Counted from the first letter of the stretch, positions 53,594 to 60,182 are shown. The stretch: 64,000 bases of DNA from Microcoleus sp. (GCA_052279835.1 CP181291.1:832001-896000), one strand, 5' to 3'. Translations and numbers: made by a program. Notes: generated from the sequence alone by a model not told the origin.

Positions 53594-53675
53594 TTTGGAC
53601 CTTGGCGGTGTAGACTCCGGCAACAATAACTCCCTTGAGTTGTAGTACGCGGAATCAACCGCCACCCCGTCCAAA
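53594..53675 (+). ncRNA. Structured leader RNA (long bulged hairpin) of unknown family
   Basis: Nested pairs TTTGGAC/GTCCAAA, TGGCGGT/ACCGCCA, GACTCCG/CGGAATC and ATAACTC/GAGTTGT. Confidence 0.6.
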
Positions 53676-53699
53676 CAGAAATTCCCAACAAAAATCTGT

Positions 53700-53772
53700 G
53701 GGGTTGTAGCTCAATTGGGAGAGCGTCGCTCTGTCACAGCGAAGGTAGCGGGATCGAAACCCGTCAGCCCCG
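53700..53772 (+). tRNA. tRNA-Asp(GTC)
   Basis: Cloverleaf; anticodon arm TCGCT-CTGTCAC-AGCGA. Confidence 0.9.
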
Positions 53773-53777
53773 TCGAT

Positions 53778-53856
53778 AGTCCCGTAGGCAAATTGGTTGA
53801 AGCCGTCACCCTCTCTGGCGTGAAGATTGCGAGTTCAAACCTCGTCGGGACTCCCA
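53778..53856 (+). tRNA. tRNA-Glu(CTC) with irregular anticodon arm
   Basis: AGTCCCG/CGGGACT acceptor + CCA; TCACC-CTCTCTG-GCGTGA with a bulge. Confidence 0.65.
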
Positions 53857-53930
53857 GGTTAGATGGCCGAGTGGTTTAAGGCGTCGCTCTGCAAAAGCGA
53901 TTTTCGTGAGTTCAAATCTCACTCTAACCT
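53857..53930 (+). tRNA. tRNA-Cys(GCA)
   Basis: GGTTAGA/TCTAACC; TCGCT-CTGCAAA-AGCGA. Confidence 0.9.
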
Positions 53931-54099
53931 TTGTTCCTATTTATTAATAGGAACAACCTCAAATCTGAAATTTCAAATCAGATAAATAAGTCCACCTAAT
54001 TAAACGTAAGATACAGGTGGCTAAAAAGCTTGCTGTATGAGCATTCTTCACCTCCATCTTCTTCCTTCTTCCTTCTTCCTTCTTCCTTCTACTTAACAT

Positions 54100-54174
54100 T
54101 GCAGCTTAGCTTAACGGTAAAGCCCCAAGTTCATACCTTGGTTAATGCGGGTTCAAATCCCGCTACTGCCACCA
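54100..54174 (+). tRNA. tRNA(CAT), Met or Ile2, with a weak acceptor stem
   Basis: CCAAG-TTCATAC-CTTGG; canonical T-arm; ends ACCA; three acceptor mismatches. Confidence 0.65.
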
Positions 54175-54177
54175 AAT

Positions 54178-54252
54178 GCAGGGATGATGTAACTGGCAAC
54201 ATCTCAGTCTCCAAAACTGATTTTCTGAGTTCAAATCTCAGTCCCTGTGCCA
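54178..54252 (+). tRNA. tRNA-Trp(CCA)
   Basis: TCAGT-CTCCAAA-ACTGA; encoded CCA. Confidence 0.88.
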
Positions 54253-54259
54253 AATTTTT

Positions 54260-54333
54260 AGTGCTGTAGGCAAACGGTATAAGCCGCTTGGTTTTCACCC
54301 AAGTGATTGCGGGTTCAAATCCCGTCAGCACTT
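54260..54333 (+). tRNA. tRNA-Glu(TTC)
   Basis: AGTGCTG/CAGCACT; CTTGG-TTTTCAC-CCAAG. Confidence 0.88.
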
Positions 54334-54338
54334 TGTGT

Positions 54339-54413
54339 GGGTCGTTGGCAGAATGGTTTTGCAGCCGCCTTTTAAGCGGATGGATCGAGGTTCAATTCCT
54401 CGGCGACCTACCA
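54339..54413 (+). tRNA. tRNA-Lys(TTT)
   Basis: GCCGC-CTTTTAA-GCGGA; encoded CCA. Confidence 0.85.
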
Positions 54414-54426
54414 AATTTTCGATCTT

Positions 54427-54508
54427 GGGTCGGCCCTCCTATTGGCGTAGGTAGCTGTCTGTAAAATAGTAGCTTAAAGCGTTGCTGGTTCGATTCCAGC
54501 CCGACCCA
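54427..54508 (+). tRNA. tRNA-Tyr(GTA)
   Basis: GGGTCGG/CCGACCC; GCTGT-CTGTAAA-ATAGT; long variable arm. Confidence 0.82.
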
Positions 54509-54648
54509 TTTGTAACTGTATTATGACTTACACAAACAACCAGGTTTCTGAGAAAAATCTTGCATCTCTACGAGAGATATTGAGATAGAAACCGGGTTTT
54601 TGACCCCCGTGGGTGACTCTTGTGTATTTAATATATAGTTGCAATCTT

Positions 54649-54723
54649 GAGAATGTGTTGTGACAGGACAACAACTCAGTTAGCGCGACTGAAGATTTGA
54701 GGGTTCAAATCCCTCCGTTCTCG
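54649..54723 (+). tRNA. tRNA-like gene with a non-canonical anticodon loop (formally GCG, Arg-like); possibly pseudo
   Basis: GAGAATG/CGTTCTC; TCAGT-TAGCGCG-ACTGA; GAGGG-TTCAAAT-CCCTC. Confidence 0.55.
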
Positions 54724-54727
54724 CTAT

Positions 54728-54814
54728 GGAGAAGTGGCCGAGCGGCTTATGGCGCTTTCCTGCTAAGAAAGAGCGGTTTAACACCCGTCGTGGGTTCAAA
54801 TCCCACCTTCTCCG
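54728..54814 (+). tRNA. tRNA-Ser(GCT)
   Basis: GGAGAAG/CTTCTCC; CTGCTAA loop; long variable arm. Confidence 0.92.
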
Positions 54815-54817
54815 TTT

Positions 54818-54890
54818 CCCCCGATAACTCAGTTGGTAGAGTGCTTGTTTGAAGAACAAGAAGTCGTCAGTTCGATACTGACTTGGGGGA
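54818..54890 (+). tRNA. tRNA-Phe(GAA)
   Basis: CTTGT-TTGAAGA-ACAAG. Confidence 0.88.
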
Positions 54891-54896
54891 TTGCGT

Positions 54897-54971
54897 TGCC
54901 TCATAGCTCAATGGTAGAGCAAGCGGCTGTTAACCGCTAGGTTGTAGGTTCGAGTCCTACTGAGGCAGCCA
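54897..54971 (+). tRNA. tRNA-Asn(GTT)
   Basis: AGCGG-CTGTTAA-CCGCT; encoded CCA. Confidence 0.93.
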
Positions 54972-54981
54972 TTTTCTAAAT

Positions 54982-55060
54982 TGCCGGGTAGACAAATTGG
55001 TAAAGTCACCTGTCTCTGAAACAGGAATTTATGTAGGTTCAAAGCCTACCCCGACATCCA
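54982..55060 (+). tRNA. tRNA-Gln(CTG)
   Basis: CCTGT-CTCTGAA-ACAGG; encoded CCA. Confidence 0.85.
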
Positions 55061-55065
55061 ATTAT

Positions 55066-55139
55066 TCGGAAGTCGCCTAATCGGTATGGCACCGCTCTTT
55101 GAAAGCGGAAAAATGCAGGTTCAAGCCCTGCCTTCCGAG
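55066..55139 (+). tRNA. tRNA-Gln(TTG)
   Basis: TCGGAAG/CTTCCGA; CCGCT-CTTTGAA-AGCGG. Confidence 0.85.
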
Positions 55140-55168
55140 TTCTGCTATTACCAAAGCAGATCGATTAT

Positions 55169-55245
55169 ACTCCTGTAGCCCAATTGGGAGAGGCCACAAT
55201 TTCAAAAATTGTGTTGTGTGAGTTCAAATCTCACCAGGAGTACCA
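55169..55245 (+). tRNA. tRNA-Leu(CAA), short variable arm
   Basis: ACAAT-TTCAAAA-ATTGT; encoded CCA. Confidence 0.85.
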
Positions 55246-55251
55246 AAAATT

Positions 55252-55326
55252 GCTCTTGTAGCCCAATTGGAAAGAGGCGCCGGTCTTAAAAATCGGATGA
55301 TGCTGGTTCAAATCCAGCCAGGAGCA
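55252..55326 (+). tRNA. tRNA-Leu(TAA), short variable arm, no intron
   Basis: CCGGT-CTTAAAA-ATCGG. Confidence 0.85.
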
Positions 55327-55330
55327 TCAA

Positions 55331-55403
55331 CGGGATGTAATTCAGCGGCCAGAAGCCATGCTTTGGGAGCATGGAGTCGTTGGTTCAAATCCAACCATCC
55401 CGA
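55331..55403 (+). tRNA. tRNA-Pro(TGG)
   Basis: CGGGATG/CATCCCG; CATGC-TTTGGGA-GCATG. Confidence 0.9.
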
Positions 55404-55407
55404 CTTT

Positions 55408-55481
55408 ACCCCTGTGATGCAATTAGCAGACATCTCTTGTTGAGTGCAAGAGTTTTGTTGGTGCAAATCCAACTAGGGGTA
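55408..55481 (+). tRNA. tRNA-Leu(GAG), short variable arm, atypical T-loop
   Basis: ACCCCTG/TAGGGGT; TCTTG-TTGAGTG-CAAGA; T-loop TGCAAAT. Confidence 0.7.
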
Positions 55482-55515
55482 TTGGGTATCAAAACCCAAA
55501 AGTGCGATGGATTTT

Positions 55516-55589
55516 GCTCCTGTAGCCCAATTGGTAGAGGCGCTAGACTTAGGATCTAGTTAGTGCTGGTTCGATGCCAGTCAGGAGTA
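55516..55589 (+). tRNA. tRNA-Leu(TAG), short variable arm
   Basis: CTAGA-CTTAGGA-TCTAG. Confidence 0.85.
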
Positions 55590-55600
55590 TTTGGTGACAT

Positions 55601-55679
55601 CGCGGGTGAAGTAGCCTGGGTAGGCTTGGAGGTCTCATAAGCCTCTTTCTAGTAGGTTCAACTCCTATCCCCGCCACCA
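55601..55679 (+). tRNA. tRNA-Met(CAT), initiator-like
   Basis: CGCGGG start with a C1:C72 mismatch; GAGGT-CTCATAA-GCCTC; encoded CCA. Confidence 0.75.
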
Positions 55680-55684
55680 AAATT

Positions 55685-55756
55685 GCAGGTGTGATGTAAC
55701 TGGCAACATGAGGCTCTTGTAAAGCTTTTTTGCAGGTTCAACTCCTGTCACCTGCT
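55685..55756 (+). tRNA. tRNA-Thr(TGT)
   Basis: GCAGGTG/CACCTGC; AGGCT-CTTGTAA-AGCTT. Confidence 0.85.
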
Positions 55757-55776
55757 TGGGTAAATACGATCACTCT

Positions 55777-56382
55777 TTAGGCAGAAGTGCGATCGCCACC
55801 TTCCCAAATTTGCAGTTGTCTTTCTGCTGCAACAAAACAGTTAACATACGGCGTGGGATAAACAAAATAATCGTAAGCTAGCGCCATTTGTCGCGCGGCT
55901 TCGCGATAAGGAACTCTGCCGATTCCAGTTCCTAAACCCGGACAAACGACGCTCTCAATTTTACGTTCTACGTGTCGGTTGTAGCGCCGAATTGTTAATA
56001 GCATTGCCCACATTGCGACATACGGAATATCTGTACCGACAACAGACATGGGTACGCGCATGGTGGGAGTATGAGCGAGAAAAGGATGTTTGGGATGGTG
56101 AGTGTCGATGATGAATGACGTGCCAACGGGCTGTTCGCCTAAATAGTCTTCCAAGATATGCTCCTGAACCCTAACCATCAGAGAATCACCGAAAAAATCA
56201 ACAATAGCTGCATCGATACCGCCATCCATCATGCCAAATGAATTGGCGGGACTAACCAAACAATCATATTCGGTTAAATCCTCAAAACGTTTGTTGGTAA
56301 TTTCGACATTGGGCAGGTAGAAAAAATGCTCTTGGAATGCCGCGAGTAGTTCGGAATTTGGTGCTGTAAGTATCAGTTTCAT
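55777..56382 (-). CDS. Macro-domain (ADP-ribose binding/processing) protein, antisense inside the tRNA array
   Basis: DCLVSPANSFGMMDGGID and CPGLGTGIG macro motifs; ATG 56382 after GAGG. Confidence 0.88.
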   Translation of the reverse strand: MKLILTAPNSELLAAFQEHFFYLPNVEITNKRFEDLTEYDCLVSPANSFGMMDGGIDAAIVDFFGDSLMVRVQEHILEDYLGEQPVGTSFIIDTHHPKHPFLAHTPTMRVPMSVVGTDIPYVAMWAMLLTIRRYNRHVERKIESVVCPGLGTGIGRVPYREAARQMALAYDYFVYPTPYVNCFVAAERQLQIWEGGDRTSA

Positions 56383-56456
56383 AGGTTTTACCTCAGATTC
56401 CCAGTTTAGCAAATAGTTAAGGACGATCGCACTAATTCTCCCCAAACTTTTTTTGT

Positions 56457-56528
56457 AGTCCTGTAGCTCAGTTGGGAGAGCGTTTACCTTACAAGCAAAT
56501 GCGGGGTAATATCCTGCCAGGACTACCA
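56457..56528 (+). tRNA. tRNA-Val(TAC), degenerate, probably pseudo
   Basis: AGTCCTG/CAGGACT + ACCA; CTTACAA loop; variable loop nearly absent; T-loop GTAATAT. Confidence 0.6.
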
Positions 56529-56534
56529 ATTTAG

Positions 56535-56608
56535 GGGAGTGTAACTCAACTGGACAGAGTGTCGAGCTTCTACCTCGAAAGTTGTGGGTTCGAGTCCTAC
56601 CGCTCCTG
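56535..56608 (+). tRNA. tRNA-Arg(TCT)
   Basis: TCGAG-CTTCTAC-CTCGA. Confidence 0.9.
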
Positions 56609-56614
56609 CTGAAT

Positions 56615-56691
56615 GGGTTCGTAGCTTAATTGGAAAAGCATCTAACTGGCTGTTAGAAAGATATCGGTTCAAATCCGATCGCAATCCACCA
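56615..56691 (+). tRNA. tRNA-Ala(GGC) with a bulged acceptor stem
   Basis: TCTAA-CTGGCTG-TTAGA; G3:U70; ACCA. Confidence 0.75.
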
Positions 56692-56696
56692 AATTT

Positions 56697-56773
56697 GGGT
56701 CTGTAGCTTAATTGGAAAAGCACCTAGTTCGCAACTAGGAAAATGTCAGTTCGACTCTGACCAGTATCCACCA
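56697..56773 (+). tRNA. tRNA-Ala(CGC) with a bulged acceptor stem
   Basis: CCTAG-TTCGCAA-CTAGG; G3:U70; ACCA. Confidence 0.78.
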
Positions 56774-56778
56774 AAAAA

Positions 56779-56851
56779 GGGGTCATAGCTCAATTGGTAG
56801 AGCGCTTGCTTTGCACGCAAGAGGTTAGGAGTTCGATTCTCCTTGATTCCA
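56779..56851 (+). tRNA. tRNA-Ala(TGC)
   Basis: CTTGC-TTTGCAC-GCAAG; G3:U70. Confidence 0.92.
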
Positions 56852-56855
56852 CTGC

Positions 56856-56931
56856 GGTGTCTGAAGTCGAAGCGGTCGAGACGCTAGCCTGTGAAGTTAG
56901 TTATTAGCGGGTTCAAGCCCCGTCAGACACC
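56856..56931 (+). tRNA. tRNA-His(GTG)
   Basis: G-1:C73; CTAGC-CTGTGAA-GTTAG. Confidence 0.88.
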
Positions 56932-57093
56932 CCTCGGAAGATGCCGCTGAATGGCCGGCAACAGGCGCAAGAAAACCAGGGTACAGGCAACTGTAAGGGT
57001 AGCGAGCAGCAAGCAAAATAACTCAACATTTGTGGTAAAACCTTTACAAATCTCTTGATGGTATGCTATGTTTATACTATAGGGGTCAAATTT

Positions 57094-57295
57094 ATGTTGA
57101 AGCAAAAAGTTGTTCGTGTTACAGCCACGCCCGTTTGAACTTGAAGATGGGTCAATATTCCCTCATGCAGTTGAGTTGGAAGATGTGCCTAGTCCAGAAG
57201 AGTTTCAGAAGTTCTATGACCATTGGTTTTCTATCTTTGAGGATTTAGCCAATGGAGAAACTTCTGACGATCGGACAAGTTGCCAAGCAGCTTAA
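57094..57295 (+). pseudogene. Small accessory ORF of the IS607, apparently frameshifted near 57130
   Basis: ATG 57094 MLKQKVVRVTAT stops early; the +1 frame continues FELEDGSIFPHAVELEDVPSPEEFQKFYDHW. Confidence 0.45.
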
Positions 57296-57857
57296 TGTTA
57301 CAGTTAAGACTCTGAGGCTGTGGGATGAAGAAGCTAAATTATCTGCTCTACGGACTCCTGGTAAACATAGAATGTATCGAGAGTCCGATATTGCAAAGTT
57401 TATAGGCACTTATATAGAAGATAAATCAGTTGAGTTACCAGTCTGTGTTTACTGTAGAGTTAGTAGCCATGACCAGAAGCAAAAAGGTGATTTAGAGCGT
57501 CAGCAAGGCAGAGTTTTAAATTACTGCGCCAATCAAGGTTACAAGGTTGAATATTCATTGGCAGAAGTTGCTTCTGGTATGTCTGATACTAGAGCTAAGT
57601 TGCATAAATTGTTCCGGCTTGCGATTGATAAGAAGATTTCCAAACTAATCATTGAACATCGAGATAGACTGTGCAGATTTAACTTTGAAATATTTAAGTT
57701 ATTTTTCGAGACTCATGGTGTTGAAGTTGAATATATGGAAGAGACTTTACCTAAAACATATGAAGCTGAGTTAGTAGAAGATATGCTGTCACTAATGTCT
57801 TCTTTCTCAGCTAGGATTTACGGCAAACGTTCTGCAGAACGAAGGAAGAAGAAATGA
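57252..57857 (+). CDS. tnpA: IS607 TnpA serine recombinase
   Basis: N-terminal MerR-like HTH (TLRLWD..RTPGKHRMY); YCRVSS; EVASG; EHRDRLCRF. Confidence 0.95.
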   Translation: MEKLLTIGQVAKQLNVTVKTLRLWDEEAKLSALRTPGKHRMYRESDIAKFIGTYIEDKSVELPVCVYCRVSSHDQKQKGDLERQQGRVLNYCANQGYKVEYSLAEVASGMSDTRAKLHKLFRLAIDKKISKLIIEHRDRLCRFNFEIFKLFFETHGVEVEYMEETLPKTYEAELVEDMLSLMSSFSARIYGKRSAERRKKK

Positions 57858-59092
57858 TTTTAGTAGAGAGACACATCATTAAACAATCCCATCAGCATTG
57901 GCAGTCCATAGATCGACTATCTTTCTTATCTAAGAATCTCTACAATGCAGCTAATTACATCTGTCGTCAATACTTCTTTGCTAGTAGTAAGAAATATAGT
58001 CTCACCGACTTATATCATCTGATTAAAAATTCAGTTGACTATCGTGCATTACCGACTAAAGTTAGCAAACAAATCATTAAGCGTCTGGTTTCTACTTGGA
58101 CAGGTTACTTTGAAGCTTACAAAGAATGGCAGCGGCATCCGGGTAAGTTCTTAGGTAAACCCAAAATACCAAGATATAAGGATAAAATCAAAGGACGCAA
58201 TCTAGTTATTTACCACCATGAGTCAGTTTACAAAGCGGAACTTAAGAAAGGAATCTGCCATTTATCGATGAGTGAGATTAAGATTCCCACTAAAGTAGAT
58301 AACATTGTGGAAGTGAGATTAGTACCTCGTGCCACTTGTTATATAGTAGAAATAGTCTATTACAAGCAGGAGCAACAACGAGAGTCTAGTCATTATGTGG
58401 CTGGTATTGACCTGGGCTTAACTAACTTAGTAGCCCTAACTTCAAACCAACCAGGTTTCAGACCTATTCTGATTAATGGACGACCGCTCAAGTCGGTAAA
58501 CCAATTTTATAACAAGACTAAAGCTCAATTACAAACTCAATTAGAAGGGGAGCGTAAAACAAGTAAGAGAATTCAATCTCTGACTGCCTATCGCCATCGC
58601 TATGTTGACAATTATCTGCACAATACAAGCCGAGGAATTGTCAATCTACTACAAGAGTCAGAGATTGGTATCTTAGTAATTGGTAAGAATGAAAACTGGA
58701 AACAGAATGTGAATATAGGTAAAATAAATAATCAGTCATTCACACAGATTCCCCATGCAAGATTAATTGACCAAATTACATATAAATGTCAATTAGCAGG
58801 AATCAAAGTCGTAGTCACTGAAGAATCTTATACCTCAAAGACGAGTGCTTTAGATTTAGAAACACCCCGCAAACACAATACCTACCTGGGTAAACGTGTC
58901 AAGAGAGGCTTGTTTCGCTCTCAGTCAGGAGTCAAACTCAATGCTGACGTTAATGGTTCCTTACAAATCACTAGAAAAGTATTCCCTAATGCCTATACAG
59001 TAGAAGGGATAGCGAGTGCAGCCGTTGCACCTTTAAAGGTAACACCTTTATTAAGTGTCAAGAGTGAGCAAATGAAGATTTGTTCATTTTAA
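57854..59092 (+). CDS. tnpB: TnpB RNA-guided nuclease, variant lacking the zinc finger
   Basis: GIDLG (RuvC-I), TEESYTSK and NADVNG (RuvC-III); ATGA overlap with tnpA. Confidence 0.93.
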   Translation: MILVERHIIKQSHQHWQSIDRLSFLSKNLYNAANYICRQYFFASSKKYSLTDLYHLIKNSVDYRALPTKVSKQIIKRLVSTWTGYFEAYKEWQRHPGKFLGKPKIPRYKDKIKGRNLVIYHHESVYKAELKKGICHLSMSEIKIPTKVDNIVEVRLVPRATCYIVEIVYYKQEQQRESSHYVAGIDLGLTNLVALTSNQPGFRPILINGRPLKSVNQFYNKTKAQLQTQLEGERKTSKRIQSLTAYRHRYVDNYLHNTSRGIVNLLQESEIGILVIGKNENWKQNVNIGKINNQSFTQIPHARLIDQITYKCQLAGIKVVVTEESYTSKTSALDLETPRKHNTYLGKRVKRGLFRSQSGVKLNADVNGSLQITRKVFPNAYTVEGIASAAVAPLKVTPLLSVKSEQMKICSF

Positions 59093-59125
59093 CACGAACG
59101 GTTCGATTCCTTCATCTTCCTCTTT

Positions 59126-59197
59126 CCACCAGAAGTCGAAAAGCGAGATTCCGTGCTGATAACGCGGGGATAGGAGGGGCAGTACCTCCCTGGTGGA
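59126..59197 (+). tRNA. tRNA-Ile(GAT), atypical T-loop
   Basis: CCACCAG/CTGGTGG; CCGTG-CTGATAA-CGCGG; GGAGG-GGCAGTA-CCTCC. Confidence 0.75.
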
Positions 59198-59371
59198 TTG
59201 GTTGGTTTATAATAAGTTTAGATTTGCTAGTTATTCAACATAATAACTATATCCGTGATTAAAAATAGTTTTAAACGAACCGCGAAGACACAAAGGACGC
59301 GAAGATTGGAATGAGAAGAGAGTTTCACAACTCATTGAAATTCACTAGAGATTATTTAAGGTTAAATTTAG

Positions 59372-59938
59372 ATGAATTTACAACATTATAATTACTATCT
59401 GGTGCTTGACCTCGAAGCGACTTGCTGCGATCGCGGAAATCTCAGAAGAGAGGAAATGGAAATCATCGAAATTGGAGCGGTGATGGTGCATCCAGAATCT
59501 TTAAGTATTATTGATGAGTTTCAAAGCTTTATTAAACCGATTCGCCATCCCATTCTTACTGAATTCTGCAAGTCGCTAACATCTATTTCTCAAGCACAAG
59601 TCGATCGAGCTCCGACTTACCCGGAGGCGATCGCAATTCTGAAAAAATGGCTGTCTGGTTACTCAAATGGCGTGTTTGGTTCCTGGGGCGATTACGATCG
59701 CAAACAATTCCAACAAGACAGCAACTTTCACAAAGTACCTTTTCCGATTGCTTATCCTCATGTCAATCTCAAACAATTGTTTTCGGAAAAACAAGGTTTG
59801 CGAAAACGACTTGGCATGGCGAAAGCTTTGCAATTTGTAGGTTTACCGCTAGCAGGAACTCATCACCGAGGCATAGATGATGCGAGAAATATTGCTAAAT
59901 TGTTGCCTTATATTCTGGAGCAAAAACGGATTTCCTGA
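59372..59938 (+). CDS. DEDDh 3'-5' exonuclease (ERI1/KapD-like)
   Basis: LDLEATC, EIIEIGAV, WGDYD and HHRGIDDARN motifs. Confidence 0.9.
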   Translation: MNLQHYNYYLVLDLEATCCDRGNLRREEMEIIEIGAVMVHPESLSIIDEFQSFIKPIRHPILTEFCKSLTSISQAQVDRAPTYPEAIAILKKWLSGYSNGVFGSWGDYDRKQFQQDSNFHKVPFPIAYPHVNLKQLFSEKQGLRKRLGMAKALQFVGLPLAGTHHRGIDDARNIAKLLPYILEQKRIS

Positions 59939-60108
59939 TTGGCGTTCCAATGAGGTGTTTGCCTGATCGCACTTGCACAAATCTAATGCCCATCACGCTA
60001 TCAGACTCTCAACCACAGCTAGATAGGGCAATTCTCTGCGGGGCGATCGCCCTAAATTTGAAAAAGTATTGCCAAAATAAACTAGCTATGTTATGTTAAT
60101 AAAAATGC

Positions 60109-60182
<74 letters not shown>

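Larger units (their letters stand above)
57000..59101 (+). mobile_element. IS607-family element inserted at a GG in the tRNA T-arm
   Basis: Serine-recombinase tnpA + tnpB; GG at both junctions (56998-99 and 59100-01); removal restores the tRNA. Confidence 0.9.
56936..59121 (+). pseudogene. 8/4-fold Ser-type tRNA split by IS607 (5' part 56936-56999, 3' part 59102-59121)
   Basis: The joined halves give an 8-bp acceptor GGAAGATG/CATCTTCC, variable arm TACAG-GCAA-CTGTA and T-arm AGGG-TTCGATT-CCTT; anticodon arm degenerate. Confidence 0.8.

Noticed and set aside
53985..54095. Possible MITE (TAAGT...ACTTA) between tRNA-Cys and tRNA(CAT)
   Set aside because: The terminal match is only 5 bp and there is no second copy in the window; only the STRR is supportable.
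54030..57105. Short ORFs across the tRNA array (54030, 54131, 54680, 55371, 56523, 56923)
   Set aside because: Chance translations of tRNA genes.
57000..59101. IStron (group I intron-IS607 hybrid) that would splice out of the tRNA
   Set aside because: Only ~95 nt separate the left end from the first ORF and I see no group I core elements. The tRNA's anticodon arm is also degenerate. An Infernal group I search or RT-PCR would settle it.
56936..59121. tRNA-Sec (selC), suggested by the GGAAGAT start and 8-bp acceptor
   Set aside because: The T-stem is 4 bp rather than 5, there is no TCA anticodon, and no sel genes are in the window.
53700..59197. Prophage-borne tRNA cluster
   Set aside because: No integrase, structural or replication phage genes flank it; the neighbours are host-type genes.
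652..60050. High density of GCGATCGC
   Set aside because: This is the ordinary cyanobacterial HIP1 signature; used only as a taxonomic clue.
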